The notes beneath the pieces were generated by a model, which did no database searches, was not told where the DNA came from, and saw nothing but the letters and a program-made list of their open reading frames with translations. From Promethearchaeota archaeon (GTDB lineage Archaea > Asgardarchaeota > Lokiarchaeia > Sigyniarchaeales > SOKP01): a stretch of 64,000 nucleotides of DNA. Position numbers and translations under genes: made by a program. Location: NCBI GenBank assembly GCA_048938895.1, contig JBHLLU010000002.1:82394-146393 (forward strand), written 5' to 3'. Positions 40,709 through 51,097 of the stretch are shown one piece after another. The stretch's first letter is position 1. Each line of letters starts with the position of its first letter.

Positions 40709-41311
40709 ATGAGACATACAACCGGAATCACTTTAATGATCATTGGGGGAATATTAATGATCATAAGTTCTACAGTAGGGAGTATAGGGGTTTACGAATT
40801 TCTTAGAGATTATATCACTAACGAATATCCAGATTTGGAAGAACTATTAAATATCATTGTAAACATTATAAGATTTATTGCTGATTGGGGTGGAGGAGCA
40901 ATAATTTTCGGAGCTTTTTTAATAATCTTGAAGCAATATAGATTAGGAAAATGGATTATTGGTATTGGATTAATGTTTGGTTCGCTTGCATTGATCATAT
41001 GGTTGATTTCTAATGGAATAGATCTTTTTAATATTGAGTTAGATCCTCAATTAGAACTATACTTAAACAATATTAAAGGCTTTTTCACATATGGAACAAG
41101 TTTTCAATTTGCAGGTGTTGCAATAGCAATTATTGGCCGTTGGTTTATTAGAAAACCGAAAAAAGCAAAGGATCTTGAGATTTTTGAAGAAGGAGCTGAA
41201 CCAACTAATTTAGATTCTCAAGAAATTAAGCATTGCCCTAATTGTGGTGTTCCATTACCCTTAAATGCGAATTTTTGTAATGAATGTGGAACTGATTTTG
41301 AAGATCGTTAA
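40709..41311 (+). CDS. Membrane protein with C-terminal zinc ribbon
   Basis: About 4 TM segments; CPNCG....ANFCNECG. Confidence 0.75.
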   Translation: MRHTTGITLMIIGGILMIISSTVGSIGVYEFLRDYITNEYPDLEELLNIIVNIIRFIADWGGGAIIFGAFLIILKQYRLGKWIIGIGLMFGSLALIIWLISNGIDLFNIELDPQLELYLNNIKGFFTYGTSFQFAGVAIAIIGRWFIRKPKKAKDLEIFEEGAEPTNLDSQEIKHCPNCGVPLPLNANFCNECGTDFEDR

Positions 41312-41431
41312 AATCCTCTAGTATTTTCTTTTTATTATTTTTCTTATTCTGAATAAATATTATAAACAATGATGTCTAAATTATAAACTATAATTCAAAT
41401 ATCTATTTATTATTTAAAGGGTGAAATTTAA

Positions 41432-44400
41432 ATTAAAAATTATAAATCTTTAGTCATTTATTTCTTTCTATGTACCATTGCAATATTGAATCCAATATCG
41501 TTAATATTATCTCTTCCTAGTCAGACATTTACTATATCCTCCACTCCCGATCTTGCTCAACCAAAACATTTAATAATTGGAGCTATGGGTATACCTGATG
41601 AGTGGGATCCCGCTGTTTCAGAGGGGTACAATATCTTGAGTGAATATTATTCAGTAAATTGCTTAGAGTCAGTGCTCTGGGTACCTGATAAATCTTTAGA
41701 TCTTAAACCAAATCTCGCAACCACTTGGGATGTCGAGTATTGGCCTGAAGAACTAAACACGATGGGATTTATTAATACAGGTGGAATAAAATCAATTACA
41801 TTTACACTACGAGAGAATGTCCAATTCCATGATGGCTCCGATTGGAACGCGACAGTATTTAAGTGGAACATCGATCGAATAAACATCATTAGTGGTAATT
41901 ATACAGGATTATGTCAAAATACAGAAGATAATAATGCTGAAGGAAATAACATGCATACTATTCTTGTGGAGGATTTTAAGCCATATTTCACTCCATCATG
42001 GAATATGTCTCAATATGACTCTCCAAATCTTGGAACTACTCCTCCTGCAACGGATCCGGGAGTTAATGATTATGCCTATTATAACTTAGGACCCAATGCC
42101 TCTTTAGTTGATTATGGTGATGCTGTCAATCCCCTCATCTTACCAAATAATACTTTTCGTAATCCAAATCCTTATGGTGGTTGGGATTATGCTGCGGGGG
42201 CAGCTATTCATTACGCGCCATATGATAGATATTCTATTATAAATTATGTAGAAATTCTTGAAAATCCACAATCTGGAGGGAAGGTTAAGGTTCATTTCAA
42301 CCATTGGACTACAAGCGGATTAGCAGGCGGTACAGGTTATCCAATGATTTCTTATAATGCTTATAGACAGGATTATACCACGAGAGGAATCTACGGGTAT
42401 GAAAATGGTGTTGATGATCCTCGAAATGCAGGACCTCTCACTCACATGATTGGGACAGGTCCTTATATATATGGGGAATATGATGAAACAGGATCACAGG
42501 GCTATATCATGAAAAACCAAAATTACTGGAACAGAACTGCTCTAGAAATCAACGATTGGTTTGATGCGGATATTGTTGATATAATTGTATTTCCAACGGG
42601 TCAATTGGGTACTGATGCTATGAATATAGCATTACTTACTCATGCTCTTGATTATGTAGTAGAAACTTCAATGTCAAATTTAGATTATGATGCAGTAACT
42701 GCAAATCCTAACATTAATTACCTAGAAAGAGGGGTCAGTGACTATATTTCAACTATAACTATGAATTGTATTAATGAAACCTGGTGGGCTTGGCCGTGGG
42801 CTGATATGTGGCGTCGAGGTTGTTATACTGGTGCAGGCGATAAACCTTCTGGTGGTATTCCACGCGCAATGCGAGAAGCTATGAGTTATGCCTTTAATTA
42901 CGACTTGTATATCAATACTGCTATGGATGGAAGGGTGGTAAGGTCAGGACTTCTAGGGATTGATAACATATATTATAACTCCTCTATACCTTTAGCTGAT
43001 TATAATGTTACTAAAGCACGTGAAATTTTACTTACTACTGAGACTGATCCAATTCTCTTTAACATTTCAACACCGGTCCCGCATGAACCAACCTATATTT
43101 ATAAAGCCGGTTACCCATTTGGAGATCATAATGCAATATCACTCAACCCAGATAACTACAACTTCAGTAAAATGTGTGCTGTTCGAGGTTTAACTGTAAG
43201 TAGCTCTGATCTAGATTGGCAAGCTGTTGCTGATGTAAACCCAATATATACCTTTAATTTTTATTGGGATTCTATTCATGAAGACGTAAAGAGTGTATTA
43301 CTAGTCTCTCTTAAAAATATTGGGTGTACACTAAAAGATACAACTGGAGTAACTAATAGAGTACCAACTATCATTTGGGATACCGTTCGTATTGGACATT
43401 TGACCACATTCGATGGAACTTATGGTATCTTTTCAAGTAATGGGTGGGTAATGGATGAATTTATGCCTCCCAATAGTCCAGAGTCAAATCTCTATTGGGC
43501 TACTGGAGATCCTGATAGTGGTAGATGGAGAACCCAGGGTGCTTCGGGGATTACAAGCTGGCATTATTGGGGAAATTTCGGATTCAATTTTGACGCCGAT
43601 GTTGATTACTGGTTAGAACGTATTACGTTGTCGGACCAAACAACAAAGATGAATTATATTAGTAAGATAGTTGAAAAAGAACAAACAGAGATATTTCCAA
43701 AGATTTACATTTCTCAAGGAATAAAAGGACTGGCACTTTGGAATGATTGGGAAATGAATCTGATCAGAGGAGATCATTTCTTTGCCAGTTTTCGCTATGT
43801 ACCACCCTCACCGCCGGGAGAAGTTGAATTAACTTCAGATGCTGGGACTCCCGATATTGATGGTAATTTTAATTTAGTTTGGAATGTTTCTATAGGAGCT
43901 GATAATTATACTATTTACAGATATAACCATGAAATAACAGAGATCAACGGTAGTTTAATTCCAATTGCTTATCAAACAGCAACCTCACCACACCCTATTT
44001 TTGGGTTAACTGATGGGGAGTATTACTTTATCGTTGTTGCCCATAATGAAAACGGAGACACATTATCAAATAATTTTCACATATCTGTTCAATTATCGCA
44101 AGATCCTCCGCAGTCATTTATCTTATCTTCTGATGCTGATTTTCCCGATAATGATGGCTTTTTTAATTTGAGTTGGACATATCCAGATGGAGCAGATAAT
44201 TATTCGTTATATATGGATGATCAACAAATCACAGTAATAGACAATGGTGTTACATTATTGCTCGATCAAATTGCTACATCTCCATTTCCCGTTACTGGAT
44301 TAACAAATGGTGAATATTATTTTGTAGTGGTGGCTCATAATAAATATGGTGATACAATGTCAAATAATGTGCATATTACCGTTAATATACCTGGAGGGGC

Positions 44401-44500
44401 AGAAGATATTCTTGGTTATAATACAATACTAATATCTTGTATCGCTATATTTACTGCGATATTTCTGTATAAAAAAAGGAGATTTAAGTTAGACTCCTAA
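41432..44500 (+). CDS. Large family-5 solute-binding protein with two FN3-like repeats and a C-terminal TM anchor; probable ATT start at 41432
   Basis: LRENVQFHDGSDWNA, MIGTGPY, MREAMSYAFN; frame open upstream of TTG 41486 to ATT 41432, giving a signal peptide, with GGGTGA SD; tail ILGY-hydrophobic-KKRR. Confidence 0.82.
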   Translation: MKNYKSLVIYFFLCTIAILNPISLILSLPSQTFTISSTPDLAQPKHLIIGAMGIPDEWDPAVSEGYNILSEYYSVNCLESVLWVPDKSLDLKPNLATTWDVEYWPEELNTMGFINTGGIKSITFTLRENVQFHDGSDWNATVFKWNIDRINIISGNYTGLCQNTEDNNAEGNNMHTILVEDFKPYFTPSWNMSQYDSPNLGTTPPATDPGVNDYAYYNLGPNASLVDYGDAVNPLILPNNTFRNPNPYGGWDYAAGAAIHYAPYDRYSIINYVEILENPQSGGKVKVHFNHWTTSGLAGGTGYPMISYNAYRQDYTTRGIYGYENGVDDPRNAGPLTHMIGTGPYIYGEYDETGSQGYIMKNQNYWNRTALEINDWFDADIVDIIVFPTGQLGTDAMNIALLTHALDYVVETSMSNLDYDAVTANPNINYLERGVSDYISTITMNCINETWWAWPWADMWRRGCYTGAGDKPSGGIPRAMREAMSYAFNYDLYINTAMDGRVVRSGLLGIDNIYYNSSIPLADYNVTKAREILLTTETDPILFNISTPVPHEPTYIYKAGYPFGDHNAISLNPDNYNFSKMCAVRGLTVSSSDLDWQAVADVNPIYTFNFYWDSIHEDVKSVLLVSLKNIGCTLKDTTGVTNRVPTIIWDTVRIGHLTTFDGTYGIFSSNGWVMDEFMPPNSPESNLYWATGDPDSGRWRTQGASGITSWHYWGNFGFNFDADVDYWLERITLSDQTTKMNYISKIVEKEQTEIFPKIYISQGIKGLALWNDWEMNLIRGDHFFASFRYVPPSPPGEVELTSDAGTPDIDGNFNLVWNVSIGADNYTIYRYNHEITEINGSLIPIAYQTATSPHPIFGLTDGEYYFIVVAHNENGDTLSNNFHISVQLSQDPPQSFILSSDADFPDNDGFFNLSWTYPDGADNYSLYMDDQQITVIDNGVTLLLDQIATSPFPVTGLTNGEYYFVVVAHNKYGDTMSNNVHITVNIPGGAEDILGYNTILISCIAIFTAIFLYKKRRFKLDS
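43811..44386 (+). repeat. Two tandem ~95-aa FN3/Ig-like repeats
   Basis: L.SDA..PD.DG.FNL.W....GADNY..Y ... GLT.GEYYF.VVAHN..GDT.SNN occurs twice. Confidence 0.85.
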
Positions 44501-44641
44501 TTACCAAAATTCTTTTTTTTTCTATAGTTTTGCTATACGATATAATAGTAAATAAAAAATTTTTTTAAAATATATATTTCAATAACTAATTTAGGCAAGT
44601 ACTCATAATGAAAATTAAAGGTTAAAATTTGGTCTGAAATT

Positions 44642-45454
44642 TTGTTTAAGAGAAAGATTAATATTACCAGAATTAAGAAACAAGAAAAAGAGAATCTTCA
44701 AGATATTGTTCTCATTGAGCAGTCTGTTGATATCTTTCTCAATTCCGAACCATTTGTTAATATTATATGTTTACCAAAAGATTTATATGAATTAGCTTAT
44801 GGTTTTTTATTTTCAATAGGGATAATAAATTCTATTGATGATGTTAAAAAAATTAATGTATCAGAATTAGAAAATAAGATATTAGTTGAATTACAAGATA
44901 AAATTAACTTAAAAATTGAGGACATAAAATTAGATAACGTAAGTAGAGTCATTGATACATCTTGTGGAATATCATCACCTTGGAGAAAATTAATAAAAAG
45001 AAAAATAGATGAAGCCAAAGTAAAGAATAAACTCTGGGATAACCAATTAAAAATTAAATCTGATATTATTCATTCTGCTATCAAAAAAATGCATGCTGAA
45101 ACTTCACTTTATCGAGAGACTGGAGGATGCCATGGTGCAGCAATTTGCGATCTTAATGGAAATTTATTAAGCGTGAAAGAAGATATAGGTCGACATAATG
45201 CAATTGACAAGGTTATCGGTCAAATGTTATTAAAAAAGCAAAGTTTTGAAAATGTAATTTTAATTACGACTGGAAGATTAACAGGTGATTCTGTATTGAA
45301 GGCAATAAGACCAAACATTCCCATCATCGCCTCTATTTCTGCACCCGTAGATACTGGAATAAAGTTGGCATTAGCTTATGGGATAACCTTAATCGGATTT
45401 GTACGGGGTAGGAGAATGAATATCTATACTCACCCCGAAAGAATTGAAATATAA
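44642..45454 (+). CDS. fdhD: Formate dehydrogenase accessory sulfurtransferase FdhD
   Basis: TSCG, ETGGCHGAA, EDIGRHNAIDKVIG, TGR, TLIGFVRG. Confidence 0.92.
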   Translation: MFKRKINITRIKKQEKENLQDIVLIEQSVDIFLNSEPFVNIICLPKDLYELAYGFLFSIGIINSIDDVKKINVSELENKILVELQDKINLKIEDIKLDNVSRVIDTSCGISSPWRKLIKRKIDEAKVKNKLWDNQLKIKSDIIHSAIKKMHAETSLYRETGGCHGAAICDLNGNLLSVKEDIGRHNAIDKVIGQMLLKKQSFENVILITTGRLTGDSVLKAIRPNIPIIASISAPVDTGIKLALAYGITLIGFVRGRRMNIYTHPERIEI

Positions 45455-45606
45455 ATTCTCTCGTTTTCTTACTTTTTTCTAATTATATTTATCATCAAGC
45501 TTGATCTATTTGATTTAACAAATTTTTTAACTAATTCTTAATAGATCTAAGTAATAATCAGAATCATAATCAAATTATAAAAATAAACATAAAAAGTTGA
45601 ACTATT

Positions 45607-46500
45607 ATGGCTAAAGCTGAAGAATACAAAATGTTTCAAGGGTGTGTAATAGGTAATAGAATTCCATTTATTGAAGCTTCAGCAAGAAAAGTTTTTGATA
45701 AGTTGGGAATAAAAACTTCTGATGCAGCCTTTGCTTGCTGTCCGGATCCAGTTGGTTTCAATAGTACTGATCATGAAAGCTGGCTCGCAATGGGTGCAAG
45801 AAATTTAACGATAGCAGAAGCAGAGGGAAAAAATATTATATCTCTTTGCAATGGATGTTTTCAAACCCTTAAACTAGTAAATGAAGAATTAAAACATGAT
45901 GATCATGAAAGAGAACATATAAATAAAGTTTTAAAATCGATTGGAAAAGAATTTAAAGGAAAAGTAGACGTAAAGCATTTTGTAGAAGTTTTACATGAAG
46001 CTGGGGTTACAACAGAAAAAATTAAAGAAAATCTTAAAAAAGATTTATCAGACTTAAAGGTGGCTTGTCATACAGGTTGTCACTATAATAGACCCTCAGA
46101 AAAGATTCAAACTGATGATCCTATGAAACCTGTGAAATTAAGAGAAATTGTAGCAGCTACTGGAGCAATTCCTGTAGATTATGAAGAAGAAATGTTATGT
46201 TGCGGGACTGGAGTAGGGAATACTGAAGAAGAACCCTCAATGCAAATACTCTCAAATAAGCTAACAAGTGCAATGAATGCGGGTGCAGAAGCTATTATAG
46301 TTAATTGTCCCGCCTGTTTTCAACAACTTGATAACAATCAGAAAAAAGCGGAAAAATTAGGCGACAAGACTTATGGTATCCCTATTTTATATGTAACTGA
46401 GCTCTTAGCACTTGCCTTTGGGGAAGATCCTAAAGACTTAGGATTAAATTTTCATCGTACAAGGTTAACAGCCTTTTTAGAGAAACATGGATTTTCCTAA
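45607..46500 (+). CDS. hdrB: Heterodisulfide reductase subunit B (CCG domains)
   Basis: FQGC, ACCPDP, LCNGCF, HTGCH, LCCG, NCPACFQQ. Confidence 0.88.
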   Translation: MAKAEEYKMFQGCVIGNRIPFIEASARKVFDKLGIKTSDAAFACCPDPVGFNSTDHESWLAMGARNLTIAEAEGKNIISLCNGCFQTLKLVNEELKHDDHEREHINKVLKSIGKEFKGKVDVKHFVEVLHEAGVTTEKIKENLKKDLSDLKVACHTGCHYNRPSEKIQTDDPMKPVKLREIVAATGAIPVDYEEEMLCCGTGVGNTEEEPSMQILSNKLTSAMNAGAEAIIVNCPACFQQLDNNQKKAEKLGDKTYGIPILYVTELLALAFGEDPKDLGLNFHRTRLTAFLEKHGFS

Positions 46501-46510
46501 TTTTTTCCTT

Positions 46511-47737
46511 TTATTTTACTCCTAATTCTTTATTAATTAATTGTTCTATCTCGGATAAAAGATCAGTAGGTATTTTTTTTAAAGCAGCTTGAGCTGATTT
46601 AGCATTCCCTCCACCTTTCCCACCATACATTTGAATGATCTTTTGAAGAATTTCATTCGCAGCAATTTTATCACTTAATGAGAATATCCTTACTTTATTC
46701 TTTCCAATCCTTCCGATAATAACCGAATTTTGAGAAAAGTTATCTAATGATTTGTTTAAAACTTTAATATCAATTTCAAAATCAAAATAATGCAACTGGA
46801 TGCCGTGAATTACTTTGATTGGGGATTTTGATATAGCATCGAGGAACTGGTATGACAACTCTTTTTGTTGATTTTGAACAAGATCAAAAAGGCTTAAACG
46901 TTTTCTAACAAGATCTGCTAGCTTTAGAATTGGTACATTCAAACTGTTTACTAAATTAATAAGTTCAACATTGAGATCCGAACTGGTTGCAACTGCTTTA
47001 TTCCCAACATAGTATCTAATCTCAGTTCCTTTTTTAAAATCATAGATAAAAATATTCCCTATTTCTACTGTATTCTGTACATGAGTGCCCCCGCAGCAAA
47101 CTAAATCTAAATTCTCTATTTCAATTAGACGAATTTCAGTTTCATTTGGAATTTTACTCCTAATTTTACTAGCTCTTTTTTTTGCTTGTTCATATTCGAT
47201 TATTTCTGCGCTAATTAAAGAATTTTGAGAAGTAGTGATCTTATTTACTTCAGGTAATACAATTTTTAATTTTTTATAATCAATTTTTTGTGATATTTGT
47301 AAGTAGACTTCTTCGAAATTTAAAATTGCTCTAATTGTATCAATATCGTATGTCTTTTTCAATACCGCTGAAAATATGTGTTGAGATGAATGGGCTTTCA
47401 TCAAACCATACCTATACTCCCAATCAATTTCGCCTTCTACTTTAGTCCCAATCTTTATTTTATCTTCAAATTCAGATGAGATATTATGCACTATTTCATT
47501 TTCTTCTTTTGTAACTTTTTCAATTTTGAATTCGATACCAGCAATTTTAAGAATTCCTCTGTCGCTTAATTGATTTCCACTTTCAGGATAAAAAAGAGTT
47601 TTATCAAGAACTACACCGTTTTCTTGTATAGATAAAACCTTTGCTGTAAATTTGGTTTCATAAGGATTCTCCCAATATAATTTTTTCGTCATTACAAATC
47701 CATCCTTGATAAGTTTAATATGAGAATAAATCTTCAA
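46511..47737 (-). CDS. alaX: AlaX-type trans-editing protein with C-terminal DHHA1/C-Ala domain (likely start MTKK)
   Basis: LYWENPY, KTLFYPESGNQLSD, HSSQH, CCGGTHV, GGKGGG. Confidence 0.85.
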   Translation of the reverse strand: MKIYSHIKLIKDGFVMTKKLYWENPYETKFTAKVLSIQENGVVLDKTLFYPESGNQLSDRGILKIAGIEFKIEKVTKEENEIVHNISSEFEDKIKIGTKVEGEIDWEYRYGLMKAHSSQHIFSAVLKKTYDIDTIRAILNFEEVYLQISQKIDYKKLKIVLPEVNKITTSQNSLISAEIIEYEQAKKRASKIRSKIPNETEIRLIEIENLDLVCCGGTHVQNTVEIGNIFIYDFKKGTEIRYYVGNKAVATSSDLNVELINLVNSLNVPILKLADLVRKRLSLFDLVQNQQKELSYQFLDAISKSPIKVIHGIQLHYFDFEIDIKVLNKSLDNFSQNSVIIGRIGKNKVRIFSLSDKIAANEILQKIIQMYGGKGGGNAKSAQAALKKIPTDLLSEIEQLINKELGVK

Positions 47738-47788
47738 ACATATATCAAATTATTATATGATCAAAATATTTAGATTAGATGCTTTTAG

Positions 47789-48688
47789 ATGGTTGATTTT
47801 CTAAGAACTCCTGAGGATAGATTCGAGAATTTACCCAATTTTTCGTATGATCCTCATTATATTGAAAGTCTTGTAGGGTATGATGATTTAAGAATGTGTT
47901 TCTATGATGAAGGTCCAAAAGATTCAAATGAAGTGTTCCTTTGTTTACACGGGGAACCGACTTGGAGCTTTCTTTATCGTAAAATGATCCCTGTTTTTTT
48001 GGATGCAGGATATCGTATCGTTGCTCCAGATTTTTTTGGGTTCGGAAGATCTGACAAACCGGTAAAAGATGAAATTTATACATTTGATTTTCACAGAAAT
48101 TCACTTGTAGAATTTATAAAATATTTGGGTTTGAATGACATTACGATGGTAGGCCAAGATTGGGGGGGAATATTCGGCCTTACATTACCCATGGAGTTTC
48201 CAGGGAGATTCAAACGTTTATTATTGATGAATACCATCCTTGCTACTGGAGATTTCGAAATCTCAGACGGGTTTAAAGCATTTCGATCATTCATGAGTAG
48301 AACTCCAGATCTTGATTCAGGTAGGATAATTAAAAGTGTAACACCACATTTAACTAAAGAAGAAGTCGCGGCATATAATGCTCCTTTTCCTGATATTACC
48401 TATAAAGCCGGAATTAGAAGATTTCCTCAGCTAGTTCCAACAAGTTATGATGTACTTGGAGCTGAAATTTCAAGGAAAGCACGGGATTGGTTTCAAAAAG
48501 AATGGAAGGGTGAATCATTTATGGCAATTGGCATGGCAGATCCCGTACTTGGACCTCCTATAATGGAAATATTAAGAGAGATGATTCCACGATGTTCTAA
48601 ACCTATGGAGATTAAGGAAGCGGGACACTTTGTTCAAGAATGGGGAGAGCAAATTGCTAAAAAGGCATTAGAAGCTTTTGGTTTGTGA
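47789..48688 (+). CDS. Haloalkane dehalogenase (DhlA-like alpha/beta hydrolase)
   Basis: LRTPEDRF, LHGEPTWSFLYR, GFGRSDKP, GQDWGG, AGHFVQE. Confidence 0.88.
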   Translation: MVDFLRTPEDRFENLPNFSYDPHYIESLVGYDDLRMCFYDEGPKDSNEVFLCLHGEPTWSFLYRKMIPVFLDAGYRIVAPDFFGFGRSDKPVKDEIYTFDFHRNSLVEFIKYLGLNDITMVGQDWGGIFGLTLPMEFPGRFKRLLLMNTILATGDFEISDGFKAFRSFMSRTPDLDSGRIIKSVTPHLTKEEVAAYNAPFPDITYKAGIRRFPQLVPTSYDVLGAEISRKARDWFQKEWKGESFMAIGMADPVLGPPIMEILREMIPRCSKPMEIKEAGHFVQEWGEQIAKKALEAFGL

Positions 48689-48763
48689 AAGAAAAGGTCA
48701 AAATAAAATTTTTTAAACAAAAATATATTATTTAAGAGATATTATATAATTGGTGAAATTATT

Positions 48764-49057
48764 ATGGAAACTTCAAAGATTCTCTCATTCATTAGTATAA
48801 TATTATGCATTGTAGGAGGTTTACTTCTTATAATTTTTGGGATAATAGTAAATATTATCTTGATAGTTCTAGGAGTTGCTAATTTCATAGGGGCTCTTGT
48901 TTTACTAAAATACCCTAGACGAGGAAGCATTCTTTGTTTAGCTTTAGGATTCATCGAATTGTTCATAGCCTGGTTTTTTACAATAAACGCGATTTATGGT
49001 ACTATTTTTACCTTGCTTGCTAGTATCGTTGGCTTTATAGGAGTTATGAAAAAATAA
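48764..49057 (+). CDS. Small membrane protein
   Basis: Four hydrophobic segments; GGTGA SD. Confidence 0.65.
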   Translation: METSKILSFISIILCIVGGLLLIIFGIIVNIILIVLGVANFIGALVLLKYPRRGSILCLALGFIELFIAWFFTINAIYGTIFTLLASIVGFIGVMKK

Positions 49058-49076
49058 ACTCCTTTTATTAAGATTT

Positions 49077-50390
49077 TTAAACGACTTTGGCAAAAAGATT
49101 AAATCCCTCTACTTTTTCGACTTTCACTCTAACAAATTTTCCAAATTCATTATTAAACCTATTAATAAATATGTTCTTATAGGCAAAATTTCTGCTTAAA
49201 ACTTGTTGAGACCTAAGTCCTGTATGTAAAGTTAAAACTTCACCCTCCCAACCTTTCCACTGGTCATTAATATGCCCTAAACTTCTTCTATATATTTTAG
49301 AAAGTCTTATAGATCTATCTTTTATAACTTTGCTCTCTAATTGCTTCATTTTCTTTGCTTTAGTTCCTGGTCTAGCTGTAAATTTTGATATATTTAATAT
49401 TTCTGGCTTCAACCACTTGATGAAATTAATCGTTCTGTAAAAATCATATTCAGATTCACCTGGAAAGCCACAAATTATATCTGTAGAAATTGTTAGAAGA
49501 GGAAACTTCTTTCTTAATAACTCAAGATTATCAATAATATCGGAAATTTGGTATTCTCTTTGCATTTCAGAGAGGATTTTATTACTCCCAGATTGAATAG
49601 GGATGTGGAGAAATTGGTACACCTTGGGAAGTTCAAAGATAGAGATTAATTGATCAACTTCATTGATTAAAAAACTTGGATTGATCATTCCTATCCTTAA
49701 ATAAAACTTAAAATCTAAATTAGTAATCCCTTTAATCAAATCAGAGAGAGATGTTTGATTATAGGTGTATGTACTACAATCTTGAGATGTTAAGTAAATT
49801 TGTTTTATCCCTTGTTCTAATTGATATTTAACGTTCTTAATTATATTGTTTGGATTATAACAATTCAATTTTCCTCGGGCATTCTTAACACAACAGTATG
49901 TACAAGAGCCTAAACATCCTTCTGATATAGGAATGATGCCAGTTATTTTATTGATTGGATGGTTAATCAAGATTTCAGCTTTTTCTATCAAATTTTCCGA
50001 CTTATAAACTAAATTCTTTTGTCCTTCTTTAATGTTTTTAAATATTTCGGGTAATTTTCTTAAAACATCTAGATCAATTATCGCTGAAAAGGAAGGTATA
50101 ATTTTTCTAACGACATCAATATACTTTGGAGTTATATGGGGTAAACACCCTGCAATTATTATATACTTATTAGGGGTATTATGAAAATTTTCATGTAATA
50201 CTCTTAGTCGTTCTTTGATTTTATTCTCCGTTTGTTCTTTAACCGCGCATGTATTAATAATAAGAAATTGAGCTTCTTCTATATTTGTCTGGAAATACCC
50301 AGAATTTGACAGTATAGTTGAAATTATATACGAATCTGCTTTATTAGAAGCACACCCATAAGTTTCTATATAAAATGAATTCTCCAGCAA
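49077..50390 (-). CDS. mtaB: tRNA methylthiotransferase (MiaB/MtaB family radical SAM)
   Basis: ETYGCASN, INTCAVK, AGCLP, GCLGSCTYC, HIPIQSGS, STDIICGFPGE. Confidence 0.88.
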   Translation of the reverse strand: MLENSFYIETYGCASNKADSYIISTILSNSGYFQTNIEEAQFLIINTCAVKEQTENKIKERLRVLHENFHNTPNKYIIIAGCLPHITPKYIDVVRKIIPSFSAIIDLDVLRKLPEIFKNIKEGQKNLVYKSENLIEKAEILINHPINKITGIIPISEGCLGSCTYCCVKNARGKLNCYNPNNIIKNVKYQLEQGIKQIYLTSQDCSTYTYNQTSLSDLIKGITNLDFKFYLRIGMINPSFLINEVDQLISIFELPKVYQFLHIPIQSGSNKILSEMQREYQISDIIDNLELLRKKFPLLTISTDIICGFPGESEYDFYRTINFIKWLKPEILNISKFTARPGTKAKKMKQLESKVIKDRSIRLSKIYRRSLGHINDQWKGWEGEVLTLHTGLRSQQVLSRNFAYKNIFINRFNNEFGKFVRVKVEKVEGFNLFAKVV

Positions 50391-50516
50391 AATTATTCTA
50401 TATAAAAAGAATATAATAATTTATTAAACGAACTTGATTATTAGGTAATAAAAACATTTTAAATTAAAATAATCTTTCAAAAAAAACAAATAGAAAACAA
50501 ATTAAGTTGGGTAGTA

Positions 50517-50954
50517 ATGTCAACGAAAATAATATACAATTATTGTAATGTGTGCAAACAGGAAGTCGAGGAACCAAGTAGAAAGCCATTAACAAGAACA
50601 CAAAAAACTATTTGGGTTATTCTTATGGTCGCTACGATCGGTATTGCCGTAATTGTTTATTTAATATATATCTCTACTAGATTAAAAGAATATTGCCCGG
50701 TATGTAGTACAAAATTAATAAAATCTGATGAACCATTTGAAAAACCGAAAAAGAAGCGTGAAGAAATGACTCCCAAAGAAAGGATACTTGACAAAACAGG
50801 GCTTGAGGAAGAAGAACCTAAGGAACAACCTATTAAAACAGAACCAATAAAGGAGAAAAAAAAAGGTGAGAAGATAATTTGTCCATATTGTGGTGCAGAA
50901 CTAGAAGAAAAACTCCCAACATGCAGTTTCTGCCAATCTGTATTAGAATGGTGA
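50517..50954 (+). CDS. LITAF-like CxxC-hydrophobic-CxxC protein with C-terminal zinc ribbon
   Basis: CNVC...IWVILMVATIGIAVIVYLIYI...CPVC; CPYC...CSFC. Confidence 0.6.
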   Translation: MSTKIIYNYCNVCKQEVEEPSRKPLTRTQKTIWVILMVATIGIAVIVYLIYISTRLKEYCPVCSTKLIKSDEPFEKPKKKREEMTPKERILDKTGLEEEEPKEQPIKTEPIKEKKKGEKIICPYCGAELEEKLPTCSFCQSVLEW

Positions 50955-51097
50955 TTTTGGGTCATTACTAAACAGATAATATTTTTAAACACTTTAAATA
51001 TATTAAAAATAAATAGTAGAAAGACCAATTATAAAAGTATATAGTTTTTGAATTTAAAACTAAAATTTTAAATAATAAATTAGAAGTTGAAAAAATT

